NCBI RefSeq assembly: GCF_036365525.1
Contig: NC_090396.1
Span: forward strand, 69,171,194-69,235,193
Reading direction: 5' to 3'
Length of the DNA stretch: 64,000 nt
Source of the DNA: Heterodontus francisci
Lineage: Eukaryota
The number at the start of each line of letters is the position of its first letter. The first letter of the stretch is position 1. This document shows, one piece after another, positions 11,311-23,598 of this stretch. The notes beneath the pieces were generated by a model. It was not told the origin of the DNA, did no database searches, and worked only from the letters and a program-made list of their open reading frames with translations. The translations under genes and the position numbers were made by a program.

Positions 11311-13581
11311 TTGTTTCCTTTTCTAGCCATCAAGATCGTAACCTGGCCCGGCCAGGTTGTTGAAGTTTCAGTAGGGGACTACTTTGGGAATAGTGATCAC
11401 AATTCCGTAAGCTTTAAAATACTCATGGACAAAGACGAGAGTGGTCCAAAAGGAAGAGTGCTAAATTGGGGGAAGGCCAACTATACCAAAATTCGGCAGG
11501 AGCTGGGAAATGTAGATTGGGAGCAGCTGTTTGAAGGTAAATCCACATGTGATATGTGGGAGGCTTTTAAAGAGAGGTTGATTAGCGTGCAGGAGAGACA
11601 TGTTCCTGTGAAAATGAGGGATAGAAATGGCAAGATTAGGGAACCATGGATGACAGGTGAAATTGTGAGACTAGCTAAGAGGAAAAAGGAAGCATACATA
11701 AGGTCTAGGCGGCTGATGAAAGACGAAGCTTTGAAAGAATATCGGGAATGTAGGACCAATCTGAAACGAGGAATTAAGAGGGCTAAAAGGGGTCATGAAA
11801 TATCTTTAGCAAACAGGGTTAAGGAAAATCCCAAAGCCTTTTATTCATATATAAGGAGAAAGAGGGTAACTAGAGAAAGGATTGGCCCACTAAAGGACAA
11901 AGGAGGAATGTTATGCTTGGACTCAGAGAAAATGGGTGAGATTCTAAACGAGTACTTTGCATCGGTATTCACCGAGGAGAGGGACATGACGGATGTTGAG
12001 GTTAGGAACAGATGTTTGATTACTCTAGGTCAAGTCGGCATAAGGAGGGAGGAAGTGTTGGGTATTCTAAAGGGCATTAAGGTGGACAAGTCCCCAGGTC
12101 CGGATGGGATCTATCCCAGGTTACTGAGGGAAGCGAGAGAGGAAATAGCTGGGGCCTTAACAGATATCTTTGCAGCATCCTTAAACACGGGTGAGGTCCC
12201 GGAGGACTGGAGAATTGCTAATGTTGTCCCCTTGTTTAAGAAGGGTAGCAGGGATAATCCAGGTAATTATAGACCGGTGAGCCTGACGTCAGTGGTAGGG
12301 AAGCTGCTGGAGAAGATACTGAGGGATAGGATCTATTCCCATTTGGAAGAAAATGGGCTCATCAGTGATAGGCAACATGGTTTTGTGCAGGGAAGGTCAT
12401 GTCTTACCAACTTAATAGAATTCTTTGAGGAAGTGACAAAGTTGATTGATGAGGGAAGGGCTGTCGATGTCATATACATGGACTTCAGTAAGGCGTTTGA
12501 TAAGGTTCCCCATGGCAGGCTGATGGAGAAAGTGAAGGCGCTTGGGGTCCAAGGTGTACTAGCTAGATGGATAAAGAACTGGCTGGGCAACAGGAGACAG
12601 AGAGTAGCAGTAGAAGGGAGTTTTTCAAAATGGAGACGTGTGACCAGTGGTGTTCCACAGGGATCCGTGCTGGGACCACTGTTGTTTGTGATTTACATTA
12701 ATGATTTGGAGGAAAGTATAGGTGGACTGATTAGCAAATTTGCAGACGACACTAAGATTGGTGGAGTAGCAGATAGTGAAGGGGACTGTCAGAGAATACA
12801 GCAGAATATAGATAGATTGGAGAGTTGGGCAGAGAAATGGCAGATGGAGTTCAATCAGGGCAAATGCGAGGTGATGCATTTTGGAAGATCCAATTCAAGA
12901 GTGAACTATACAGTAAATGGAAAAGTCCTGGGGAAAATTGATGTCCAGAGAGATTTGGGTGTTCAGGTCCACTGTTCCCTGAAGGTGGCAACGCAGGTAA
13001 ATAGAGTGGTCAAGAAGGCATACGGCATGCTTTCCTTCATCGGACGGGGCATTGAGTACAAGAGTTGGCAGGTCATGTTACAGTTGTATAGGACTTTGGT
13101 TCGGCCACATTTGGAATACTGCGTACAGTTCTGGTCGCCACATTATCAAAAGGATGTGGATGCTCTGGAGAGGGTGCAGAGGAGGTTCACCAGGATGTTG
13201 CCTGGTATGGAGGGCGCTAGCTATGAAGAGAGGTTGAGCAGATTAGGATTATTTTCATTAGAAAGACGGAGGTTGAGGGGGGACCTGATTGAGGTGTACA
13301 AAATCATGAGAGGTATAGACAGGGTGGATAGCAAGAGGCTTTTTCCCAGAGTGGGGGTTTCAATTACTAGAGGACACGAGTTCAAAGTGAAAGGGGAAAA
13401 GTTTAGGGGGGATATGCGTGGAAAGTTCTTTACGCAGAGGGTGGTGGGCACCTGGAACGCATTGCCAGCGGAGGTGGTAGATGCGGGCACGATGGAGTCT
13501 TTTAAGATGTATCTAGACAGATACATGAATGGGCAGGAAGAAAAGAGATACAGAACCTTAGAAAATAGGCGACATGTTTAG
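11311..13581 (+). CDS. CR1 ORF2 fragment: end of APE endonuclease plus complete reverse transcriptase (756-codon open frame; the first ~10 codons are flanking DNA)
   Basis: SDH motif (GNSDHNSV), KSPGPDG, YRPVSL, QHGF, DFSKAFD, GVPQGSVLGP, FADD, LVRPHLEY. Confidence 0.9.
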   Translation: MFPFLAIKIVTWPGQVVEVSVGDYFGNSDHNSVSFKILMDKDESGPKGRVLNWGKANYTKIRQELGNVDWEQLFEGKSTCDMWEAFKERLISVQERHVPVKMRDRNGKIREPWMTGEIVRLAKRKKEAYIRSRRLMKDEALKEYRECRTNLKRGIKRAKRGHEISLANRVKENPKAFYSYIRRKRVTRERIGPLKDKGGMLCLDSEKMGEILNEYFASVFTEERDMTDVEVRNRCLITLGQVGIRREEVLGILKGIKVDKSPGPDGIYPRLLREAREEIAGALTDIFAASLNTGEVPEDWRIANVVPLFKKGSRDNPGNYRPVSLTSVVGKLLEKILRDRIYSHLEENGLISDRQHGFVQGRSCLTNLIEFFEEVTKLIDEGRAVDVIYMDFSKAFDKVPHGRLMEKVKALGVQGVLARWIKNWLGNRRQRVAVEGSFSKWRRVTSGVPQGSVLGPLLFVIYINDLEESIGGLISKFADDTKIGGVADSEGDCQRIQQNIDRLESWAEKWQMEFNQGKCEVMHFGRSNSRVNYTVNGKVLGKIDVQRDLGVQVHCSLKVATQVNRVVKKAYGMLSFIGRGIEYKSWQVMLQLYRTLVRPHLEYCVQFWSPHYQKDVDALERVQRRFTRMLPGMEGASYEERLSRLGLFSLERRRLRGDLIEVYKIMRGIDRVDSKRLFPRVGVSITRGHEFKVKGEKFRGDMRGKFFTQRVVGTWNALPAEVVDAGTMESFKMYLDRYMNGQEEKRYRTLENRRHV

Positions 13582-13678
13582 AGAGAGGATCTGGATCGGC
13601 GCAGGCTTGGAGGGCCGAAGGGCCTGTTCCTGTGCTGTAATTATCTTTGTTGTTGTTGTTCTTTGTTGTTCTTTGTTG
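11340..13678 (+). mobile_element. Young 5'-truncated CR1 (HER1-like) LINE
   Basis: Uninterrupted ORF2 frame. The 3' UTR gggccgaagggcctgttcctgtgctgta is shared with HE1, followed by a (TTCTTTGTTG)-like tail. Confidence 0.92.
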
Positions 13679-14484
13679 TAAGTGCTGCTGGTTGGAGGTG
13701 TGGGCAGTCTGAGCAGTTCAGTTTAGTACATAGCACTGGTTAATACTGTCAGATTCGCCTGAAATAAAGCTTTGGGAATTCAAGCTCCAATTTTATTCAA
13801 AGTCTTTTGGAAAAAGTAAAAGAACTCATTAAAGGGTGAGGAGACAAACCTTTTATACCCTTCAAGGCACACTGAGACACAACTGGAATGCTGGGAAATT
13901 GGAAATATTCAATGCACGGATAGCATCCTGGGGAATTTTGTGAATTGCACATATTGAGAATGCACAGATTTGGTTGAAAGATCAGACAGCTCTTAGGTGG
14001 TAAAAATAATCAGCCAAATCTTTGGCTTTCTAAGTGAAAAGTTTAACGGAGATGTCAAGAGACGCAAAAGACAATTCAATAGGAAAATTTAATCATGTTA
14101 TAAAGGAATGTATTTTTAAAATTTTGTTCAAAATTTATTTTGGGTAAAACTTCAGTTGTTGATGAAAAATTGGCATCTGAAATTTGTTTCAGAAATTGTT
14201 CTGAGCACATCATTTGGTTCATGAATTTCATGTGAAATGCTGACATGAGTTACTAAAGATTCATGACCAGAGGAAGTAAAGTTTGTGACCAGAGTTGTGT
14301 GTTTTGACACAAATTCATTGTTTCATGTTTTTACCAAGTTGCCTTGCACTTTGCTTCCAATCCCACTTTTCTCTCTTCACCACATAACATTCCTGGGGCG
14401 AGGTCAGACAGATGGCCTTTTCTCAGGCTTTTGCTGAAGTAGCTTTGTTTACTGTTGAAAGCCTGGAGTTTTAGAGCCATCGAG

Positions 14485-16700
14485 ACATAATGGCACAGTA
14501 AGTGTAGAGCAATCCAATCAGTCCCATTCCCCAGCTCTATCCCCATTGCCCTGCAAGCTTATTTCCGTCAAGTGCCCATCCAATTTCCTTTTGAAATCAT
14601 TAATCATTTCTGCTTCCACCACCTTTGTAGGCAGCAAAGTCCAGGTGATTGCTATTCGCTGCATAAAAAATGTTCTTCCTCATATCCCACCCCCACCCCT
14701 CGCTGCCCCAAATTTTGCCCAAAACCTTAAATTGTCCCATAGTCCTTGTACCCTCAGCTAATGGGAATAGCTTTTCTTTGTCTATCTTATCTAAACCTGT
14801 CATAATCTTGAACACCTCTATCAAATCTTCCCTCAAGCTCCTTTGCTCCGAGGAGAACAACCCTAGCTTCTCCAGCCTAACCTTGCAACTAAAATTCCTC
14901 ATCCCTTCAACCATTCTAGTAAATCCCCTCTGCACCCTCTCAAGGGCCCTCACGTCCTTTTTAAGTGTGGTGATCAGAACTGGGCGCAATACTCTAGTTG
15001 CAGCCTAGCTTTATAAAGGTTCATCATAATTTCCCTGCTTTTATACTCAATACCTCAATTTATGAAGCTCAAGATCCCATATACTTTGCTAACTACTCTC
15101 TCAGTATGTCCTGTCACTTTTCAAAGATCTGTGCACATCAACTCCCAGATCCCTATGTCCCTGTGCCATTAAGTCTATATTGCCTCTCTCTATCCCTTCT
15201 GCCAAAATGCATCACCTCACACTTCTCTCTATTAAATTCATTCTGTCTGTCCATTCTGCTAGCCTATCTATGCCCTGTTGCAGTTGATTGCTATCATCTA
15301 CACTGTCTGCCACACCTCCCAGTTTGGTATCATTGGCAAATTTTAACATTTTACTCTGTATTCAATATCCAAGTCATTATATATAAAAGCAGTGGCTCTA
15401 GCACTGAACCTTGGAGAACACCACTGTCAACCATCCTCCAGTCTGATAAACAACCATTTACCATGAGTCGCTGTTTTCTGTCCTTTAGCCAATTTTTTAT
15501 CCAAGCTGACACTAACCCTCCTATTACAGGAACCTCAATTTTGTTAACCAGCCTTTTATGTGGTACTTTGTCAAATTCTTTCTTAAATCTATATAGACGA
15601 TATACATTGCTTTTCCTTCATCAACTTTTTCTGTTACTTCATCAAAATATTCAGTTAGATTAATCAAGCATGATCTGCCTTTTACAAATCCGTACTGGCT
15701 CTCCTGAATTAACTCAAACCTCTCCAAATGCCTGTTGATTTTTTCCCCCCGTACTTATTGTTTTTGAAACGTTGCCAACCACTGATGTTAAACTGACTGG
15801 CCTGTGGTTATGAGGAATGCCTTTACACCCTTACATTTGCCAATCTCCAATCTTCTGGCACCTCCCCTGTATCTAGGGAAGATTGGAAGGTTAAGGCAAG
15901 CCCTTCCGCTATTTCCACTCCCACTTACTTTAGCAACCTGGATGCAAGCCATCTGCACCAGGTGGCTTATCCATTTTAAACATAGCTAGCCTTTCAAGTA
16001 CATTCTTCCTATCAATTTTCAACCCATCCATTACCTCTACCATCTCCACTTCTACCAATATTTTGTCAGCATCCTCTTCCTTAGTAAATACTGATACAAA
16101 GTACTCATTAAGTCTTGCCCTGCACCTCTAAGCATATATCACAGTCTTTGTCCCTAATAGGCCCTACCTCTTACTACCCGCTTACTATGTACATGCCAGT
16201 AGAAAACTTTTGGGTTCCCTTTTATGTTCACTTCTATTCTCGTGTTCTGTCTTTGCCAGTCCTATTTTCTTCTTCACTTCCCCTCTCAACTTACTGTATT
16301 TGGCCTGGTTCTCGCTTGAAGAATTCATCTGACATGCGTCATACACCTTTTTTTTGTTTCTTCATGTTCTCTATCTCCCTCATCATCCAAGGAGCCTTGG
16401 CTTTGGTTCCCTTCCTTTCGCCCTTGTTGGAATGTACCTAGCCTTAAAGTTCATCCATTGTTCTGTTACAGTTTTTCCTGTCAATCTTTTGGTTCCATTT
16501 TACCATGGAGAGATCCCTCTAATCTCATTCCTCTTCTAATTTAGAAGTTCCACTTAGATTGTTCCTTGCTCTTCACAATTACTAATCTAAACTTTATGAT
16601 ACAATGATCACTTTTACTCAAATGTTTCCCCACAGACTCTTGGTCCACTTGGCCCACCTCATTCCACAGCACCAGATCCAGCAATGCTTCTTTCTCTGGA
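14485..16700 (-). mobile_element. Decayed CR1 LINE (EN C-terminus to 3' UTR)
   Basis: EALLDLVL…SDH (16541-16786), SQYGFVKGRSCLINL, LERVQRGFTRMV. Confidence 0.85.
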
Positions 16701-16960
16701 AAAGAGAAGACTGAGTGATGACCTGATGGAGGTTTTTTTAATTTTGGAAGGGTTTGATAGGGTAGAAATAGAGAAGACGTTTCCAATTCCAGGTGAGATC
16801 AGAACTAGGGTCCATAAATATAAAATCATCACTAATAAATCCAATAGGGAATTCTGGAGAATTCACTTTACCCAAAGAGCGACTAGAATGTGGAACTCAC
16901 CACCACCTGGAGTAGTTGAGGTGAATGCATAGATACATTCAAGGGGAAGCTCGATAAATT
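16690..16960 (+). mobile_element. CR1 3' fragment
   Basis: ORF 16684-16932 SLEKRRLSDDLMEVF…FTQRATRMWNS. Confidence 0.75.
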
Positions 16961-17007
16961 TGGTGATCCCAGCTGGGAAAGCATTAAGCACACATTGTGT
17001 GTTTCAA

Positions 17008-19352
17008 TAGCATAGTGGTTATATTACTGGACTAGTAATCCAGAGGCCTAGACTAATGATTCAGAGACATGGGTACAAATCCCACCACAGCAGCTGGAGT
17101 ATTTAAATTCAGTTAATTAAATAAATCTGGATTAAAAAGCTGGTATTAGTAATGATGACAGTTAAAGTATTGGATTTCCGCAAAATGCCAGGTAGAAAAT
17201 ACTATGAGAACCAGGCTGAATATAGAAGGTCCAGAGAGGAAGTGAAAAAGCAAATAAGAGAAGCAAAGAGAGAGCATGAGAAGAGACTGGCAGCTAGCAT
17301 TAAAGGAAATCCCAAAGTTTTCTATAGGCATATAAATAGTAAAAGGTGGTAAAAGGAGGAGTGGGGCCAATTAGAGAGCAGAAAGGGAATTTGCACATGG
17401 AGGCCGAGGGCATAACTGAGGTATTAAATGAATACTTTGCATCTGTTTTTACCAAGGAAGAAGATGCAACCCAGGCAATGTTGAAACAGGAGGTACGTCA
17501 GACACTATAGGGGTTTAAAATTAATAAAGAGGAAATATTAGATAGGCTGTCTGAACTTAAAGTGGATAAAGAACCAGGGCCAGATGAGACGCATCCAAAG
17601 ATACTGTGGAAATCGCAGAGGCACTGACCATAATTTTTCAGTTTTCCTTAGACTCAAAGGTGGTGCCAGAGGACTGGAGAATTGCAAACTTTACACCCTT
17701 GTTCAAAAAAGGGTGTAGAGATAAGCCCAGCAACTACAGGCCAGTCATTTTAACTTTGGTGGTGGGAAAACTTCCAGAGAAATTAATTCGGGACAAAATC
17801 AATAGTCATATGGACAAATGTGAGTTAATTAAGGAAAGCCAGCATGAACTTCTTAAGAGAAAATCATGTTTAGCAAATTTGCTGGAGTTTTTTGAGGAGG
17901 TAAGACAGAGGGTTGATGAGGGCAATGCTGTTGATGTGGTGTACATGGACTTTCAAAAGGCATTCGCTAGAGTGCCACACAACAGACTTGTGAGCAAACT
18001 TGTAGCTCATGGAATAAAAGGGACAGTAGCAACATGGATACAGAATTGGCTGAGTGACAGGAAACAAAGACTAGTGGTTAATGGATGTTTTTTGAGCTGG
18101 AGGAAGGTTTGCAGTGGAGTTCCCCATGGACCAGTGTTGCGACCCTTGCTTTTCCTGATATATATTAATGACCTAGACCTTGGTGTACAGGGCAGAATTT
18201 CAAAGTTTGTAGATGATACGAAACTTGGAAGGATTGTGAACTATGAGGGGGACAGTGTAGAACTTTAAAAGGACATTAACAGGTTGGTGGAATGAGTAGA
18301 CAGGTGGCAGGTGAAGTTCAATTCAGAGAAATTTGAGGTGATTCATTTTGATAGGAAGAACATGGAAAGACAATAGAGAATAAAGGGTACAATTCTAAAA
18401 GGGCTGCAGGAGCAGAGGGACCTAGGTGTATATGTGCATAAGTCATTAAAGGTGGAAGGACAGGTTGAGAGAGCAGTTAATAAAGCATACCGTATCCTGG
18501 GCTTTATTAATAGAGACATAGAGTACAAGAGCAAGGAAGTTATGTTGAATTTGTATAAGAACTTGTTTGGCGTTAGCTGGAGTATTGTGTCCAATTCTAG
18601 GCGTCGCACTTGAGGAAAGATGTGAGTGCATTGGAGAGAGTACAGAAGAGATTCACGAGAATGGTTCCAGGGATGAGGAATTACAGTTATGAAGATGGAT
18701 TGGAGAAGTTAGGACGGTTTTCCTTGGTGAAGAGAAGGCTGAGAGGTGATTTGATAGAGGTATTCAAAATCATGAGGGGTCTGGACAGAATAGATGGAGG
18801 GAAACTGTTCCCACTCGTGAAAGGATCGAGATTTAAAGTATTTGGTAAGAAAAGCAAAAGTGACAACAGGAAAAACTTCTTCATGCAGCGAGTGGTTAAG
18901 GTCTGGAATGTGCTGCCTGAGAACGTGATGGAGGCAGGTTCAATTGAAGCATTCAAAAGGGAATTAGACAGCTATATGAAAAGTAAGAAGGTGCAGGGTT
19001 ATGGGGAGAAGGCAGGGGAATGGAACTGAGGGAATTGCTCTTTCAGAGAGCCAGTGCGGACATGATGGGCCGAATGGCCGCCTCCTGCATTGTAACATTT
19101 CTGCGATTCTGTGGGGAGAAAAAAAACATCTGGTTCACCAGTGTCTGTGAGGGAAAGAAATACAGCATCCTTACCTGGTCAGTCCCATATGCGACTTCAT
19201 ACCCACAGCAATGTGGTTGACTCTTAACTGCCCTCTGAACTGACCTAGCAAGTCACTCAAGTTGTATCAATTCCATTATGATCTTTGCCACAAAGAGTTC
19301 AAGGGACAGTTAGAAATTGGCAATAGATACTGTGAATGAATAATAAAAAAAA
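17008..19352 (+). mobile_element. tRNA-derived SINE split by a CR1 insertion (head ~17008-17170, tail ~19118-19352)
   Basis: The head has A/B box-like motifs (tagtggttatattactggactagtaatccaga…gggtacaaatccc). The tail ends ttcaagggacagttagaaattggcaata plus A-run, resembling the family-B LINE 3' end. Confidence 0.65.
17180..19112 (+). mobile_element. 5'-truncated CR1 LINE
   Basis: ORFs 17606-18268 (YRPVIL, DFQKAF, GVPHGPVL, FVDD) and 18610-19029. Confidence 0.88.
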
Positions 19353-20184
19353 GTGTGGATATTGAGAGAGGACTTGGTCAGGCTGGACTGTCATGCGTCA
19401 TACATATAGCCTGGTAACAATCACTGAGAGACTCACATTATGAATGGCCATCTAATGCAAGTTAGATATATATTCTAGGAGAGAGGAAGATAAGACGTAA
19501 ATAATTATGGAAGTGATTTTTGAACCTGTCCATGTGAACTACTTTATTTAAATCCCTACGTGTTTCTTGACATATAACTGGTGCTATTGGATGTGTACCC
19601 TGCTCTGAGGTGAAGGCAGCGAGTAGACAGCAAGCAAATGGATTCAGTGTTTTTATCAGTTGCAACTGATTTTTCCCAATTACCTATTTCTGTTCTTTTG
19701 GACCTTCATGCTCACATTGGCAGAAGCATTTTGGCTGTTAGAAAGCTGAAGTGCATTCATCTGCTAAGATGTCGCCTCTGGCCCAGAGGTGATCAGATAA
19801 GGGTAGATAAGCTAACAGCACTGATCAGTAGTTCAAAGCAGATGGAGCCTTAGGCATCAGATAACGAGGAGCCCATATGCATAGAGTTCTGTTTATAAAG
19901 TAGGAAATTAAACAGATCAAATAGATTATAATTTTTTAAGTAAATACATGCAAGGCAGGCATAACTGAAATTGGTAACCAGAGGAGAACTGCGTGAACAA
20001 AAAAAAAGTTGGCTATCAGAAATTGCTCACAGTTAGTGTATATTACAGCAGGCTAGAAAATTAAATTGGCAAAGCATCAGTTAAAGAGTAATAAATCAAG
20101 GTGATCAGATCAGTTTTTGTGAGAGGAAAAGAAGAAGTTTATCACACTGAAGGTCTCTGTGATAGAATGCATGTGATTCATGAT

Positions 20185-21908
20185 CCTCTGTCCCCAGTCT
20201 TGTTTGTTTGCTGTATTGAACCCTTTGCTGAGTCTATTAGGAAGGATGCGAGCATAAGAGGGGTGACAATCCCAGGCAGCGGAGGCACTCAGGTCAAAAC
20301 CTCCCTGTACATGGATGACGTCGCCGTTTTCTGCTCGGATCCGCTGTCCGTGCGCAGACTGATGAGCATCTGCGACCAGTTCGAACTGGCCTCGGGAGAC
20401 AAAGTTAACCACGGCAAGAGCGAGGCCATGTTCTTTGGCAACTGGGCTGACCGATCCTTTGTCCCCTTCACCGTCAGGTCAGATTACCTGAAGGTGCTGG
20501 GGATATAGTTCGGAAGGGCCGGGGCGTGCACCAAAACATGGGAGGAGCGAGTAGCCAAGGTACAACAAAAGTTGGGCATGTGGGGGCAGCGATCTCTCTC
20601 CATTGTGGGTAAGAACCTGGTCATCAGGTGCGAGGCGCTCACGTTGTTGCTCTACGTGGCGCAGGTCTGGCCCCTACCCCACTCCTGCGCCGTGGCAGTC
20701 ACCCGAGCCATTTTCCGCTTCGTCTGGGGATGTAAAATGGACCGGGTCCGGAGGGACACGATGTTCAAATCTCTGGACAAGGGCGGGAAAAATGTACCCA
20801 ACGTGGCCCTCATCCTGATGACCACCTTGCTGTGCGGCTGCATCAAGCTGTGTGTAGATCCCCAGTACGCAAACTCCAAGTGTCACTACTTGCTGAGGTT
20901 CTATCTGTCCCCGGTGTTGCGAAGGATGGGCCTGGTCACATTGCCGCGGAACGCTCCGTGCAGTTGGGACGTGCCGTACCACCTATCCTTCGTGGAGCAG
21001 TTTCTGCGGGAAAACACCTTTGACCACCGGTCCATCAGGCAGTGGTCTGCACGGAATGTCCTCAAGGCCCTACGGGAAAAGGAAACGGTGGATCCTGTCG
21101 GATGGTTCCCCGAGCAGACCGTCAAAGTCATTTGGCGGAATGCCTCATCACCAGAACTTTCAAACAAGCACCAAGACGTAGCTTGGCTGGTGGTGAGAAG
21201 GGCCCTCCCCGTCAGATCCTTCATGCACACCCGAAGTCTCGCCCCCTCCGCACAATGCCCCCGCGTTGGCTGTGGTGGGGAAGAGACGGTCGCCCACCTC
21301 CTCCTGGAATGTGCCTTTGCAAAGCAGGTGTGGAAAGAGATGCAGTGGTTTTTGTCAAGGTTCATCCCAAGCAGCTCTGTAACATAGGAGTCTGTGCTCT
21401 ACAGGCTGTTCCCAGGGACGCACACCGAGACAAACATCAACTGCTGCTGGAGGACTATCAATTCGGTGAAAGACGCCCTTTGGTCTGCCCGAAACTTGCT
21501 GGTCTTCCAGCGCAAAGAGTTGTCCACCACCGAATGTTGCAGACTGGCACATTCCAAGGTCCAGGACTACGTGCTGAGGGACGCACTAAAGCTTGGGGCA
21601 GCCGCAGCAAAGGCTCAATGGGGAAAGACCACAGTGTAAGGTTCCCCCACCAAGCTGGACTGAGGGGCTGGATCCATGCGAAACCCCTTGAACTGTATCG
21701 TTAATATTCTCAATTGCTGTAAATGTAAAACTGTAATTGACATGACAATTGTGAAACGGAAGGGTTGGGAAGAAACTCATGACAGTATTGAAGGAAACTG
21801 ATCTCCCTTGCAATGTTTGTATTTTTTGGTGCTGTTTGGAAACATGTTTGGCAAGGTAATTTTTACAGATTTTTATGAATAAAGTATATTTTGGAAATAA
21901 AAAAAAAA
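20185..21908 (+). mobile_element. 5'-truncated Tx1-like LINE (L1 clade) with poly(A) and 14-bp TSD
   Basis: PLSPVLF…YMDD RT motifs, C-terminal zinc motif CPRVGCGGEETVAHLLLEC, AATAAA plus poly(A), TSD atgtgattcatgat (20171-20184 / 21909-21922). Confidence 0.9.
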
Positions 21909-22194
21909 ATGTGATTCATGATACTGAGGAAGTAGCACTCCAGTAGTTGCATTCTGAATACTGCTACCAGTTCAGGTGACTTTACTGTGCTTTCAGTAGT
22001 GAAGTGCCACCACTCAGTGCAGTGGAGTAGTAGCAGTGTGTTGCACTTTAGCTAGGTTGCTGGATTGTTGTCCTTTGTTGTATTATTATGGCAAATCAAC
22101 AAAGATGCCGCGTCACTTTGCACACAAAAGCCGATAAGTTGGACTACGAGGTGTCTATGAACAACTATCAAAACTCCTTTCAGTACCTTTGTCG

Positions 22195-22650
22195 TAGAAT
22201 CATACCATCTTACAGAACAGAAGGAGGTCTGTTGTGTCTGTGCCGACTCTTTGAAAGAGCAAGCCACTTCACTGCTGTTTCTCCATAGCCCTGCAATATT
22301 TTCCTTTTCAAGTATATATGCAATTCGCTTTTGAAACTATTGTATAGCCACAAACTTTCAAGCTGTATTCCAGATCATAACTTGCTACATAAAAAAAGTC
22401 TTCTCATCTCCCCTCTGCTTCTTTTGCCAATTTTCTTAAATGTGTGACCTTTGGTTACTGACCCTACAGCCACTGGATACAGTTCCTATCTACTCTATCT
22501 TACTCTGCTCAGCCTTCTCTGCTGTAAGAGGAGCGATTCCAGCTTTTCTAGTCACGCCACAAAAGTGAAGTTTTCTGTCTCAGGTATCAGTCTGGTAATT
22601 CTTCTCTGCACCCTCTCCAAGGCCTTAACATCCTACCTAAAATGTGATTA
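22195..22650 (-). mobile_element. Degenerate CR1 3' fragment
   Basis: ctctgcaccctctccaaggccttaacatcctacctaaaatgtg and CR1 3' UTR on the minus strand. Confidence 0.7.
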
Positions 22651-22839
22651 TCGTTGCTGTTTGACTGATCGTCATATGGCACTTGCTGATGTGGCTCAAA
22701 TGTTGAGGAATTGAGAATGAGTACATGTGTCTGACCACTCAGGAATGCAGTGTGCTGGCTCTGATTTGAGTTAATAATGCTTGTAGTACTTATAAAATAC
22801 TGATCCTCTTTACTCCTACTGTCCCATCACAAATACAAT

Positions 22840-23598
22840 GGCCGGAATTTTTCATTGGGCAGGAGGCCTCGCCCACCGGCCGAAAAGTTGGTGGCGAGAC
22901 CACCTCCGCTGGGCCTGGGGAGCCAGGCTGGGACTTTTCGCTCCCCAGGCCCTTAATTGGTCTTGAGTGGGACTTCCACCTTCTTGAAGCAGGATGTCCT
23001 GCCTAATGGAGCTGCCAGCCAATCAGCGGGCTGGCAGCTCTTAGTCCCAGCAGTGCCACCGAGAGCGGTGGCCACAGCTGGGACTACACCCAGCCATTGC
23101 AAGCAAGGTGAAATGTGGCCTGGAAGACAGATAAGTTTTTACGGTCTTGCCAGGGCCAATCGGCTGGGCCCCGGCAAGGCAAGGGTGTCGGTTAGGGAGG
23201 CCGGGGGAAGTGTTGTGCATTAGGGGCGGTTGGGGCTTCGGGGGCGGCCCTCCGTGGAGCACAGGGTGCATGATTAGAGGGCCACCACCCCACCCACCCC
23301 CAGCCCTCTTGAAGGCCACCTGGTTTTATCAGGCACGGTTCTTGAGGCTTTTGCCGTCCGGTCACCGGGGGTAAAATACCTGCAGTGGTGGGAGGTAGCC
23401 CTTAACTGCCAGTTAATTGGCCTCTTAAGGGCCTTGATTGGCTAGGGGTGGGAGGGACGTTCCTCGCCGCCGCCGCCCTACATAAAATTGCAGCAGGGGC
23501 AGGAGGGGGGTCGGGAATGGCCCCCGCCTCCCACTCAATTTTTCGTTTAGCAACCCCCCCCCGCCACCAGCTTGTTTGAGGGCCGTAAAATTCCGGCC
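22840..23598. mobile_element. GC-rich non-autonomous DNA transposon (PIF/Harbinger-type MITE)
   Basis: Perfect 12-bp TIRs GGCCGGAATTTT / AAAATTCCGGCC and a 3-bp TSD AAT on both sides; no transposase ORF. Confidence 0.8.

Noticed and set aside
11311-13581. 756-aa ORF as a host gene
   Set aside because: It is CR1 ORF2 (EN end plus RT) with a LINE 3' UTR. The listed start is a non-ATG codon in flanking DNA.
14998-15663. 221-aa + strand ORF and similar ORFs (e.g. 43167-43685, 51592-52125, 21042-21704)
   Set aside because: These are antisense or off-frame shadows of LINE coding sequence with no independent protein signal.
22840-23598. CpG-island promoter of a separate gene
   Set aside because: It is bounded exactly by TIRs and a 3-bp TSD, so it is better explained as a MITE.
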